From positions 691,208 to 755,207 of the forward strand of contig CP097967.1 in assembly GCA_023703535.1 (NCBI GenBank): a stretch of 64,000 bases of DNA. The letters are read 5' to 3'. The notes beneath the pieces are model-generated. The model did no database searches and had not been told where the DNA came from. It saw nothing but the letters and a program-made list of their open reading frames with translations. The translations under genes were made by a program, and so were the position numbers. This document shows positions 54,415 through 63,748 of this stretch, piece after piece (the stretch's first letter is position 1; every line of letters begins with the position of its first letter). The DNA is from SAR86 cluster bacterium (lineage in GTDB: Bacteria; Pseudomonadota; Gammaproteobacteria; Magnimaribacterales; TMED112).

Positions 54415-55057
54415 ATCCCATATCTGTTTGTGAAACTTCTTCTCTAAGATATTCCAAAGTCTGAGCATCTACTTTATTTAAATTCTCATCAAAAAGCCCC
54501 ATATCAAAATTGCTTTTGATTGAATTTGCTAAATCAATCATTTCATTGAAAACTGTCAATCCTTCAGTTTTCTTTTTAATACTATTAGGCATTTCAAGAG
54601 TTAGATTTATTGCCTCTACTTCCTGATTTTCTAAAAATGTACCAGGCGTTTTAAGATTAATGACATAAAACTTGTTGTCACCCTCATCATGTTTTGAAGT
54701 AAAAAAATACCCATCTTCTTCTGGGTGTTTTCTTTCGTAAAGGCCTGCACTATTTAACTTTGCTTTCAACATTTCGTACATCGGAGAAGTATTGATTCTT
54801 GCCTTCAGAATCAAGGAAATTGTTTTAGCACTGAAATCTATTTGCACTTGTTCAGGAGGTCCTCCGCTAGAATTCTGATTTTTCGGAGTTACGCTCCCGT
54901 TATCATTTTTTTTATTTTTATTATTATTTAAGTCTTTTGAAAATTTCAAACCATTCTTATTTTTGATGATTGAATAGGCCTTTATGGCAATTAGTGCGAG
55001 AATTATTAATCCAAAAATAATGTAAATTGAATATTGAATATAAGGATTATCAATCAA
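54404..55057 (-). CDS. zipA: cell division protein ZipA (short form)
   Basis: 217 aa with an N-terminal TM anchor, an Asn/Lys-rich linker and a C-terminal ZipA_C-like domain. The smc-zipA-ligA synteny is conserved. Confidence 0.72.
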   Translation of the reverse strand: MIDNPYIQYSIYIIFGLIILALIAIKAYSIIKNKNGLKFSKDLNNNKNKKNDNGSVTPKNQNSSGGPPEQVQIDFSAKTISLILKARINTSPMYEMLKAKLNSAGLYERKHPEEDGYFFTSKHDEGDNKFYVINLKTPGTFLENQEVEAINLTLEMPNSIKKKTEGLTVFNEMIDLANSIKSNFDMGLFDENLNKVDAQTLEYLREEVSQTDMGYGT

Positions 55058-57258
55058 GATTGTGCAAGCTCCATTGCCTGTTCTACGTCCACAGAAACAA
55101 CTTTTGAAACTCCTAGATCTCTCATAGTCACTCCAAGGAGATGAGTGCTTTTTTCCATTGATATTTTATTATGTGTTACAAAAATAAATTGAACTTTAGA
55201 AGACATTTCAGACACTAAATTAATAAACCTTACAGTGTTTTCATCATCTAATGGGGCATCCACCTCGTCAAGCAAACAAAATGGAGCAGGATTTATAGAA
55301 AACAATGAAAAAACTAAAGCAAGAGCAGTTAATGCCTTTTCACCACCTGATAACTGAGATAGTTTTGTGTTCTTTTTTCCAGGTAATCTAGCCATTAAGA
55401 TTAGTCCGGAGTCTTCGGAACTATCAACAGGATTTAATTTACAAAATCCACCATCAAAAAGTTTTGGAAAAATTTCCTCTAAAAACTTATTAGTTGAATT
55501 TAAGCAATCATTGAAAGACTTATTAGATTCTCTATCTATCTTTTTAATTGCCTCGTCTAGTTTTGATAATGATTCAACTAATTCCTCAATCTGACTAGTT
55601 AAAACCTCTTTTCTTTGCTTTTCCGCTTCTAGTGTTTCAGGTGCTGCAAAATTGATAGGCCCTAGATTCATAATTTTCTGTTGCAGCTTTTCTAATTCAA
55701 TACTTATGTCCTCTTCTTCTCCTTGAATATCTTTCACATCCTTATAGGTATCGAGTTTCTCAGTCTTTTCCTTGATTTCGTTTTCCAAACTTCTTTTATT
55801 AACTTCTTCTTCGTTTCTTTTTTGTGATATTGCTTCTTTCTGTGTTTCAAGTCTTGTGATTTCTGCCTCAAATTTTCTGACTTCTTCGTTTAAGTTATCT
55901 TGATTTGCTCTAAGAGTAGTAATTTTTCCTTCTTGCTCCTTTCTATTTTCCACAAGATCAGAAAGTCCTGATTTTTCATTTTTAAGATCTTTTTTTATGT
56001 CTTCAATTTCTTTGATGATTGCTTTGTTTCTCTCAACAAATTGTTCTTTAAGAGAGTTAATAGTTTCTGAATTATCAGAGCCCTTCCCTTTTCCAAAATC
56101 AAAACCTTTTTTCCAAAATTTAATTAATGACTGTTTCAAAATTTCGAATACGCTTTCATCAATCTTTCCTTGAAACTTTTTGATTTCAATAGAAACTTCA
56201 CTTTCTATTACTTTTTCAACATCAGATTCAGCAGATGATGTTTCGACAGCTCCATCATCATCACTCAAATCAGCTAAATTCTTTTTATTTTTTTCTTGTT
56301 CAAGCTCTAATTCAGAAATTCTTATATTCGAAGATTTTTCTTTCTCCTCTATCAATGAAATCTTTGCACCAAGTTCAAAAAATACTCTCTGCTGATCCTC
56401 TAAATCTTTTAGACCCTCCATTAGCTTTGTTTTACTCACATCTCTTTTTGAAGTAAAAGCTAATCTTTCCCCATCAAGTTTTTCTATTCCATCTTCAGTA
56501 CTTTTATTTTCTTTCTCAGCAGATTTAAGCTGATCTGTTAATGTATTGATTTCAGAGTTAATTAAAAATTTTGAAAGTTCTTTCTCTTTCTCTCTAAGTT
56601 TTTTGTATTTAGTAGTTAAATTTGCTTCTGCATTAAGTCTCCTTATAGATCTTTTTACTTCATCCTCAAGATCTTTGAGCCTATCAATATTTTCTGAAGT
56701 TCTTTTAATTCTTGATTCAGTTTCTCTTTTTCTCTCTTTGTATTTTGTTATTCCAGCGGCTTCTTCTACATAACTTCTTAGCTCCTCTGGCTTTGCACTA
56801 ACTAGACTAGATATTATTCCTTGCTCAATAATGGCATAACTATTAGCACCTAACCCTGTCCCAAGGAATAAATCTTGAACATCTCTTCTTCTTGCTGAAG
56901 CATTATTTATAAAATAAGTTGATTGTCCATCTCTTCCCATTTCTCTTTTAACACTTACTTCATCAAATTTGAGATATTCTCCACCCAAAAAATTTTCAGA
57001 ATTATCAAAAAAGAGTTCAACAGAGCAATGGCTTACCGGCTTTCTATTATCTGAGCCATTAAAAATGACGTCTTGAAGACTTTCACTACGTAGACTTTTC
57101 GCTGACAGCTCTCCTTTAACCCATTTGATTGCATCAATTATGTTTGACTTTCCACAACCATTTGGACCAACAATGCCACACATTATTCCAGGGAAGTCTA
57201 CTTGAATCGGATCAACGAAACTTTTAAATCCAGAGAGTTTTAAGCTTTTAAGTCTCAT
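55054..57258 (-). CDS. smc: SMC-family chromosome partition ATPase, unusually short (734 aa) with no recognisable hinge
   Basis: N-terminal head SGFKSFVD..GPNGCGKSNIIDAIKWV and C-terminal head LSGGEKALTALALVFSLF..LLDEVDAPLDD. Only about 390 aa of coiled-coil/linker separate them. Confidence 0.85.
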   Translation of the reverse strand: MRLKSLKLSGFKSFVDPIQVDFPGIMCGIVGPNGCGKSNIIDAIKWVKGELSAKSLRSESLQDVIFNGSDNRKPVSHCSVELFFDNSENFLGGEYLKFDEVSVKREMGRDGQSTYFINNASARRRDVQDLFLGTGLGANSYAIIEQGIISSLVSAKPEELRSYVEEAAGITKYKERKRETESRIKRTSENIDRLKDLEDEVKRSIRRLNAEANLTTKYKKLREKEKELSKFLINSEINTLTDQLKSAEKENKSTEDGIEKLDGERLAFTSKRDVSKTKLMEGLKDLEDQQRVFFELGAKISLIEEKEKSSNIRISELELEQEKNKKNLADLSDDDGAVETSSAESDVEKVIESEVSIEIKKFQGKIDESVFEILKQSLIKFWKKGFDFGKGKGSDNSETINSLKEQFVERNKAIIKEIEDIKKDLKNEKSGLSDLVENRKEQEGKITTLRANQDNLNEEVRKFEAEITRLETQKEAISQKRNEEEVNKRSLENEIKEKTEKLDTYKDVKDIQGEEEDISIELEKLQQKIMNLGPINFAAPETLEAEKQRKEVLTSQIEELVESLSKLDEAIKKIDRESNKSFNDCLNSTNKFLEEIFPKLFDGGFCKLNPVDSSEDSGLILMARLPGKKNTKLSQLSGGEKALTALALVFSLFSINPAPFCLLDEVDAPLDDENTVRFINLVSEMSSKVQFIFVTHNKISMEKSTHLLGVTMRDLGVSKVVSVDVEQAMELAQS

Positions 57259-57631
57259 TTCGTTTTTTTATAGTATAGATGGTTACAAGGCCAATAGACA
57301 GAATTAAAACAATTAATGGAAGATAAATAAGCAAATTATTTTTACCAATTTCTTCATTCAAAATAATGTAATTTCCGTACCTTTCTCTCATCAGATCATA
57401 GATTTCTTTATCTGACTTCCCATTACTAATCAAATATGAAATTTCTTTTTTAAGATCTTTTGAAATTGGAGCATTTGAACTATTTATATTTCCATAATCA
57501 CATTTAGGACATCTTATGTTTTCCGAAATTGTATCAAGACGTAAAATTTCTTCTTCTGTTAAATTGGAATAAAGTTTTTCAGCAAAAATAAGACTTGAAC
57601 TAAGAAGAATTAAACTAAAAAAAACTTTCAA
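57248..57631 (-). CDS. ccmH: cytochrome c-type biogenesis protein CcmH (CycL-type)
   Basis: 127 aa with a signal peptide, the motif IRCPKCDYGNINSSNAP and a C-terminal TM segment. Confidence 0.8.
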   Translation of the reverse strand: MKVFFSLILLSSSLIFAEKLYSNLTEEEILRLDTISENIRCPKCDYGNINSSNAPISKDLKKEISYLISNGKSDKEIYDLMRERYGNYIILNEEIGKNNLLIYLPLIVLILSIGLVTIYTIKKRNET

Positions 57632-58145
57632 AGTCCCTCTCCCAAATTTTTCTATTCAGTTCTCCAACCCTATGACTTACAATTTTCCCATCGATTACTA
57701 AAAATGTTTCTGGTGCGCCAATTACGCCTAGTTTTAGCGAGTAATCACCACCTAAGTCAAAGATTGAATTATCGTAAGGATCTCCATTATCTTCCAAATA
57801 TGAAATTGCATCACTGAGTTGGTCTTTGTAGTTAATACCAACAATTTTTAGATTGTTTTCTTCTGAGATTTTTTTTAAAAAAGGATGTTCTACTTTGCAT
57901 GTAATACACCAACTAGCCCACACATTTAATAAAACTTTCCCTTTAAGCAACTCTTCTTGATCAAAAATTTCTTGATTTAAGTCGACTAGATTTTCAAATT
58001 CAGGCAAGTCCTTTCCAGTTTGATTATTAATCCTTGAGATTTCTGGTTTAGACAATGAATAAGAAAATAAATAAATCATGCCAATGATTAAAAAACTTAC
58101 AAAAACAATAAAAATTCTATTCATTTGATCTTTTAATAATTCCAT
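57615..58145 (-). CDS. ccmG: thiol:disulfide oxidoreductase CcmG/DsbE
   Basis: 176 aa with a TM anchor, WASWCITCKVEHP and GAPETFLV. The likely start is MNRIFIV at 58124. Confidence 0.9.
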   Translation of the reverse strand: MELLKDQMNRIFIVFVSFLIIGMIYLFSYSLSKPEISRINNQTGKDLPEFENLVDLNQEIFDQEELLKGKVLLNVWASWCITCKVEHPFLKKISEENNLKIVGINYKDQLSDAISYLEDNGDPYDNSIFDLGGDYSLKLGVIGAPETFLVIDGKIVSHRVGELNRKIWERDFESFF

Positions 58146-59949
58146 AAAGCATGGATAACATCAACAGGACAGAGGATAGCCAAATTGTCATAATTCCATA
58201 CTTTATAGAAAAGGATAGTGTCCAGGAGCCATCAGAATATCTATCGCCTAAGACTATTAAATAATCCTTTAAAAAGCTTGGACTTATACCTGTTTCCGAA
58301 GTTATTTGTCCGCCTATCCTGTAAATTCTTCTTTCACTTTGTATCAAAGATTCATTTCCTTGATAATCAACCAAAAAATTAGCTTTAATTGAGTCAAAAT
58401 TATCCTGATTCTCTAGCTCAATAGATTCAAATGAAACTGTTCTATCAAAAACTTGTATCCTCTCATTTGGTGCCAGTTTAAGATCAACATTTTTCGAATA
58501 AAAATGATTACAAAGAACACTAAAGGTTAATAATATTACTGAAAAGTGTCCTAATATTTTATGTGTTTCTCTATTACTCTTATCAAAAACAATTTTGTAT
58601 CCGCCCCTTAAAATAAAAACTACGAGTATTAATCCTGTGAAGAGAATGCCAATATTTTTTACAAAACCATATATAAAAAATAATAATGGAACAATTAAAA
58701 ATAATGAGACTAGAATCAAGCCTTTATTTCTCACCCCAAGAAAAATTTCGAATGAGAATATACTAATTAAAGCAATTACAAGAGGTGTAATTAAGTCTGA
58801 GAAATATTTGGGACCAACGCTCAGAGGTTGTTGATAAATTGATTCATAAAATAATGGATATAAAGTTCCAATAAATACAATTAAAAGAATTGTCATCATT
58901 ATTAAATTATTCAAAAGAATTAAATATGTTCTTGAAAAAAGATTAGGCCATTTGCTGCTCAAATTATTTGTTTTAGCAAAGAAAGCTACAAAAGATATAA
59001 ATGAAAACAATGAAAAGATACTTAATAAATAAATGCCACGTGTTGGATCGGCTGCAAATGTATGAACACTGTTAAGTACGCCTGATCTCACTATGAAAGA
59101 GCCCAAAATTGAAAGTAGAAAAGTCAAAATTCCTAAAAAAACCATCCAAGATAATAAAATTTTATTTCTGCTAAATATCAAAGAGTGGCTGAATGCTGTT
59201 CCAGCAAGCCATGGCATTAATGCAACGTTCTCAACAGGGTCCCAAAACCAATATCCGCCCCAACCCAGTTCGTAATAAGCCCATATAGAGCCTAGAAGTA
59301 TGCCCAATGTAAGAGTAAACCATGAAATGCCGCCCCAAACTTTTAAGACATTAAAGAGTTTATTGTCAAATTTGGTAAACATCCCAGAAATAACAAGACT
59401 AAAGGTGATTGCGTATAAAACGTAACCAGTAAATAAGATAGGAGGATGAATAATTAGCAATGGATCTTGTAAAAGTGGATTTAAGTCAACCCCATTTGGT
59501 GGAGGATTTGCAATCTTGAGGAATGGGTTTGATGTAAAAATCACAAAAAGTAGATATAAAAAAATTATCCCAGCAACAATTTGGTTAGAAATATTAATAA
59601 AAGGTTTGCCAATATTTGTTAGGTTATTTATGAACATTGCCAAAGATAAAATCAAAGTCATTAATAAAAATGAACCCTCGTGAGCAGACCAGGAAGCAGA
59701 AAACTTATAGAAAGTTGGAAGAAAGATATTTGAATTACTGGCTACATATAAAAATGCAAAATTATCAATTAAAAATTGTGTGATCAAATAGATAAATGAT
59801 GTAAACAGAGCAAATAAATTAAATGAAATTAAATTATTATTAAAATTAACAATTCTTTTAAAAATAGATGAAAGAAGTACAAGAAAAATAGAAAAACAAG
59901 CTAGAGAAAGCAAAATATTTCCCAATAAATCAAAACTTATATTAATCAT
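58117..59949 (-). CDS. ccmF: cytochrome c heme lyase subunit CcmF
   Basis: 610 aa, polytopic, with the WWD motif WGGYWFWDPVEN. Confidence 0.92.
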   Translation of the reverse strand: MINISFDLLGNILLSLACFSIFLVLLSSIFKRIVNFNNNLISFNLFALFTSFIYLITQFLIDNFAFLYVASNSNIFLPTFYKFSASWSAHEGSFLLMTLILSLAMFINNLTNIGKPFINISNQIVAGIIFLYLLFVIFTSNPFLKIANPPPNGVDLNPLLQDPLLIIHPPILFTGYVLYAITFSLVISGMFTKFDNKLFNVLKVWGGISWFTLTLGILLGSIWAYYELGWGGYWFWDPVENVALMPWLAGTAFSHSLIFSRNKILLSWMVFLGILTFLLSILGSFIVRSGVLNSVHTFAADPTRGIYLLSIFSLFSFISFVAFFAKTNNLSSKWPNLFSRTYLILLNNLIMMTILLIVFIGTLYPLFYESIYQQPLSVGPKYFSDLITPLVIALISIFSFEIFLGVRNKGLILVSLFLIVPLLFFIYGFVKNIGILFTGLILVVFILRGGYKIVFDKSNRETHKILGHFSVILLTFSVLCNHFYSKNVDLKLAPNERIQVFDRTVSFESIELENQDNFDSIKANFLVDYQGNESLIQSERRIYRIGGQITSETGISPSFLKDYLIVLGDRYSDGSWTLSFSIKYGIMTIWLSSVLLMLSMLYGIIKRSNE

Positions 59950-60400
59950 TATTATTTAGTTCGACTGGAGAATAGTTTTCATCATGTTTGGCTAAAATTT
60001 CTTTTGCTACAAATATTTCTTCGTTAGTATCAAAATAACCTAAAGCAACTACTCCACTGTTTTCTTTAAACAAATTTGGAAGAACGCCTCTAAATGTTAC
60101 TAGTGTCTCATTGTCATAATCAGTTACGTAAAATTTTGTGTTCAAACCCTCTTTTTGAACACTATTCACTTTTACCATTCCACCTAATTTAAATGTATTT
60201 AAATTTTCATATCCCTTTTCAATTGCTTGTGTTGGTGTCAGATAGAAATTAATATTTGATTGAAGCGCCTTTAAAACAAAGAATGTAATCATTCCCAAAG
60301 CGCTTAATGTTACTAGTATTACCCCAAGCCTATTTAATCTGTTTTGTCTAATCATCTGAACGTTCAATAAAATATTTTTTTTGTTTAGCATATTTGTCAT
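59942..60400 (-). CDS. ccmE: heme chaperone CcmE
   Basis: TM anchor plus OB fold, with the heme-binding His in LAKHDENYSP. The real start is probably the internal MIRQNRLN, about 45 nt downstream of the track start. Confidence 0.9.
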   Translation of the reverse strand: MTNMLNKKNILLNVQMIRQNRLNRLGVILVTLSALGMITFFVLKALQSNINFYLTPTQAIEKGYENLNTFKLGGMVKVNSVQKEGLNTKFYVTDYDNETLVTFRGVLPNLFKENSGVVALGYFDTNEEIFVAKEILAKHDENYSPVELNNND

Positions 60401-60476
60401 GTGCCAACCAATAACTTAAAAGTATAAAAAATAAAAAAACTAAGTAGGAAATGTAAACCAACATTAAATTATCCAT
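60348..60476 (-). CDS. ccmD: heme exporter protein CcmD
   Basis: 42 aa counted from MDNLMLVYISYLVFLFFILLSYWL (single TM). Its position between ccmC and ccmE supports the call. The upstream part of the track ORF overlaps ccmC. Confidence 0.7.
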   Translation of the reverse strand: MDNLMLVYISYLVFLFFILLSYWLAHDKYAKQKKYFIERSDD

Positions 60477-61200
60477 TGATCTCTCCTTGTAACCGCTTTG
60501 ATTGCCTTGTTCTAAGCAATATTTCAGACTGAATATTTCTTGCAAAAATAGCATACGATAAAAACAATAATGAAATCACCATTAAAATTAGAATTGTAAG
60601 AAATTCTCCAGCAATAGTACTGCCTGATGAAGTTATGCTGGGTCCTTGATGTAAAGTATTCCACCAATTAACTGAGAATTTAATTATTGGGATATTAATT
60701 GCCCCTATTATTGCAAAGATACTAATCACAGTATCTGAAGTCGATATAGAATTAAAAGATGTTCTAAGGACGTACAATCCTATATATTGAAGCAAAAGTA
60801 TAAAAGTTGACGTAATTCTTGCGTCCCAAACCCAATAAGTTCCCCATGTTGGCTTTCCCCACAATGAGCCTGTAATTAAAACTAACAATGTTACAGCAAT
60901 TCCTATAGGCACAGCAGAATTCAGATAGATTGTAGAAATTTTTGTTTTCCAAACAAGAAAAATCAAACCGCAATTTGCCAGAAAAAGATAAATTAGCTCA
61001 GAAAGTATTGCAGAAGGAACATGTATATAAATGATCCTATAAACCTCATCTTGCTGTACATCAGCTGAGGCAATAAATAGAGCTTGAAATGCGCCAAAAG
61101 CAAATAGCACTAAACCGATTAATAACGATGGAAAAGACGTAACTTCACAAAATTTATACACCTTTTCAAGCATTAAATATTTGGCAACATATTTATACAT
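60469..61200 (-). CDS. ccmC: heme exporter / heme handling protein CcmC
   Basis: WWD motif WGKPTWGTYWVWDARIT. The likely start is MYKYVAKYL (61200), overlapping the ccmB stop by 1 nt (TAATG). Confidence 0.9.
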   Translation of the reverse strand: MYKYVAKYLMLEKVYKFCEVTSFPSLLIGLVLFAFGAFQALFIASADVQQDEVYRIIYIHVPSAILSELIYLFLANCGLIFLVWKTKISTIYLNSAVPIGIAVTLLVLITGSLWGKPTWGTYWVWDARITSTFILLLQYIGLYVLRTSFNSISTSDTVISIFAIIGAINIPIIKFSVNWWNTLHQGPSITSSGSTIAGEFLTILILMVISLLFLSYAIFARNIQSEILLRTRQSKRLQGEING

Positions 61201-61841
61201 TATCTTGATTGAATCCTTAGTACTTTCAGAGTAATTAGATTGCAGAATACGTCTGAAAAAATGAAATACGCAATCATTAGATAGATGCTTGAGCCCCAAT
61301 TATAGTTTGTAAGTAAAACGTCATTAGAGATTATGAAATAAGGTATAAGTAAGGGCATTATCACAAGGGCATTTAGAGCATTATTTCTTTTAAGAGAAAC
61401 AGCGCTTCCAAGATAAAAAAAGTTTTTAAGTGTTATCAAAAAAAGCAGATATGAAAAAACAAACTTTTCAATACTGATTTCTTCAAATACTTCACTATTT
61501 ACACCTATGTAAAGCATTGAAATTAAAACCATTGGTAAAAAGACCAATATTATTTGAGTTAAACTTTTTCCTATTAAATAAAATTCAAGATCATTTGTTT
61601 CACAAATTTTTTTCTCAATAAAACCACTTTTGTAATCATCAAGATATGTGCTCTCCGACATTAAGAAAACTGTAAAAAGACTTGCTATAAAAACATTTGA
61701 AAACCCTAACAAGTAGTTTGAATCTATGATCGTAAAAATTACAAAAATAATACTAAAAATTGAGATTGGCATATAAATATTTTTTGGAATACCCCAAAAA
61801 ATTAAAAATTCTCTTCTTACGTTTTTAACTAGTCTTTTCAT
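61200..61841 (-). CDS. ccmB: heme exporter permease CcmB
   Basis: 213 aa with six hydrophobic segments, positioned between ccmA and ccmC. Confidence 0.8.
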   Translation of the reverse strand: MKRLVKNVRREFLIFWGIPKNIYMPISIFSIIFVIFTIIDSNYLLGFSNVFIASLFTVFLMSESTYLDDYKSGFIEKKICETNDLEFYLIGKSLTQIILVFLPMVLISMLYIGVNSEVFEEISIEKFVFSYLLFLITLKNFFYLGSAVSLKRNNALNALVIMPLLIPYFIISNDVLLTNYNWGSSIYLMIAYFIFSDVFCNLITLKVLRIQSR

Positions 61842-62397
61842 CTAAATTTACTTTTTTAGTATCAGGTATTTCAGTCTGATGATTGGTCAAAAGAATGGTT
61901 CCACCACTACGTATATGTTGTTTAAAAGCTTTCACTAAAAAATCATAGGAAACAGCATCTAAGCCAGCAAAAGGTTCATCCAATACCCATATTTTCTTTT
62001 TTGCTTGAAGTAATTTAGCAATAGCAAACTTTCTTTTTTCACCAAAGGAAAGATTGGCACACAGCTCGTCATATAGTTCTTTAATCTCAAAATTTTTTGC
62101 AATATCGCTATCAAGGGCAAGATCTTCAAGTTCAAAATTTCGTCTGATTGAAAGTTCTTCAACTAAAGAATTTTTATGGCCTAGATAATCTATATGTTCT
62201 TTAAAATTATCTCTATATTCACAAGCTTTTGAAGGAATTAATTTACAAAATATCTTTAGTAAAGTAGATTTACCCGAGCCATTTGAACCTCTAATTTCAA
62301 TGAAATCATTTTTTTCAATTTCCATTGAAAAGTTATTTAGAATTACATTCCCATCTATTGCATAGGACAAGTTTTTAATTGAACAAATTGTTGTCAT
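61825..62397 (-). CDS. ccmA: heme exporter ATP-binding protein CcmA
   Basis: 190 aa with Walker A GSNGSGKST, the signature LSFGEKRK and Walker B IWVLDEPFAGLD. Confidence 0.85.
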   Translation of the reverse strand: MTTICSIKNLSYAIDGNVILNNFSMEIEKNDFIEIRGSNGSGKSTLLKIFCKLIPSKACEYRDNFKEHIDYLGHKNSLVEELSIRRNFELEDLALDSDIAKNFEIKELYDELCANLSFGEKRKFAIAKLLQAKKKIWVLDEPFAGLDAVSYDFLVKAFKQHIRSGGTILLTNHQTEIPDTKKVNLDEKTS

Positions 62398-62429
62398 TTT
62401 ATAAATATTGATGATGCAGAAATTCTATG

Positions 62430-62454
62430 CATAAAGCTTGTAATAAGCTTTATG
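62430..62454. promoter_or_regulatory. 10-bp perfect hairpin/palindrome (CATAAAGCTT GTAAT AAGCTTTATG) in the divergent spacer
   Basis: Exact inverted repeat 33-57 bp upstream of the ccmA start. On the plus strand it is followed by GGGGCTTTTATT. Confidence 0.3.
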
Positions 62455-62551
62455 GGGCTTTTATTAATGAAATCAATTACTTTAATAACTTGCCACCAAA
62501 TTGAATTTAATTTTCATATAATAGTATTTTATCAATGCTTAGGAAAATGTT

Positions 62552-63748
62552 ATGAGATTATTAATAATTTTATTTTGCTCGAATTTTATATTTTCAGACT
62601 CGTACTTCCCAAATGAAACTTGGGAAAAGAAAAGCGCATCTGAATTAGGTTTAAGTGAAGAAAAAGTTAACTTACTAATTGAAAAGTCCTTTGAGGATAA
62701 GGCCACAATGGGTGCAGTGATTATAAAGGATGGATATATTGTTTCTGAAAAATATGCCAGAGGCTTTAATGAAAATTCATATGGAACTTCTTGGTCTACT
62801 GCCAAAAGTTTCTATGCTGCACTGATCGGAATCTCTTTAGATAAAGGAGAGATAAAAAGCCTAGATGAGCCAGTTGCAAATTATGTTGATTCATATAACA
62901 GTCAATCAAAAAAAGATATCACAATAAGAGAAATTCTGAATATGACTAGTGGACTTGAATTCCCAAGTCATGAACACGAGATGATGTTTTTTGAAGAGGA
63001 TCATCTTAAGTATGCATTAGAAGTTGAGGTTGAAAACCCTCCTGGAGAAAAGTTTCAATATAACAATGTTAATTCAATGCTTATTGGAGAAATATTAAAG
63101 GGAGCAACTGGGAAAACAGCCAAACAATTAATTGAAGAAAGAATATTTAGCAAAATTGGTATAAAAAATTACACAGCTTGGGAAGATGCTGCGGGAAATA
63201 CTATGACTTATTGTTGCTTAGATATGTCAGCGAGAGATTATTCTAAGTTTGGCTTGCTTTTTTCTAGAGATGGAAACTGGGATGGAGAGCAAGTTGTCTC
63301 AAAAAGTTATGTTGATGAATCTCTGCAATTGTATTGGGGCAAGACACCGAGCATGGGATGGACCCATAGCGATACAAGAGGATATAGTTTGCAATGGTGG
63401 ATCTCTAAATATGATGATGAAGCACAAATCTACAACACCAGTGGTAAATTTGGTCAATTTGTCTTTATCGATAAAGAAAGAGATATCATTTTCACAAGAA
63501 TTACGAAGTATTACCCAAGTGGTGGAGAAGTACAAAAATTTGGTCCTTTAACTTATCTTAAGTTTCTTGGCAGTGTAAACGCAGCATTAAATGTATCAAG
63601 ATTTCTTTATGACATTGGTTTAATAAATTTTGAGGACGGTAATGTTCAAACACCTTACACCCTAGCAGAAGGTGAATCAAAAGAATTCTATGAAAATTAT
63701 GTAGATATCGTAGATCTCATGGCAGACCTTGAAAATGTTGAAAAATAA
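62552..63748 (+). CDS. beta-lactamase-family (class C / esterase EstB-like) serine hydrolase, secreted
   Basis: 398 aa with a signal peptide and the SxxK motif in SWSTAKSF. YNN and Y..SG-type motifs lie downstream. Confidence 0.82.
   Translation: MRLLIILFCSNFIFSDSYFPNETWEKKSASELGLSEEKVNLLIEKSFEDKATMGAVIIKDGYIVSEKYARGFNENSYGTSWSTAKSFYAALIGISLDKGEIKSLDEPVANYVDSYNSQSKKDITIREILNMTSGLEFPSHEHEMMFFEEDHLKYALEVEVENPPGEKFQYNNVNSMLIGEILKGATGKTAKQLIEERIFSKIGIKNYTAWEDAAGNTMTYCCLDMSARDYSKFGLLFSRDGNWDGEQVVSKSYVDESLQLYWGKTPSMGWTHSDTRGYSLQWWISKYDDEAQIYNTSGKFGQFVFIDKERDIIFTRITKYYPSGGEVQKFGPLTYLKFLGSVNAALNVSRFLYDIGLINFEDGNVQTPYTLAEGESKEFYENYVDIVDLMADLENVEK

Noticed and set aside
60341-60400. An apparent extra T in the homopolymer at the ccmD/ccmE junction when I hand-indexed the sequence. 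It would have implied a frameshift between the two genes.
   Set aside because: The ORF-track coordinates and translations for both genes are mutually consistent, so the discrepancy is my own counting error in a long T run. It is recorded as a caution that hand-derived coordinates near homopolymers may be off by 1 nt.
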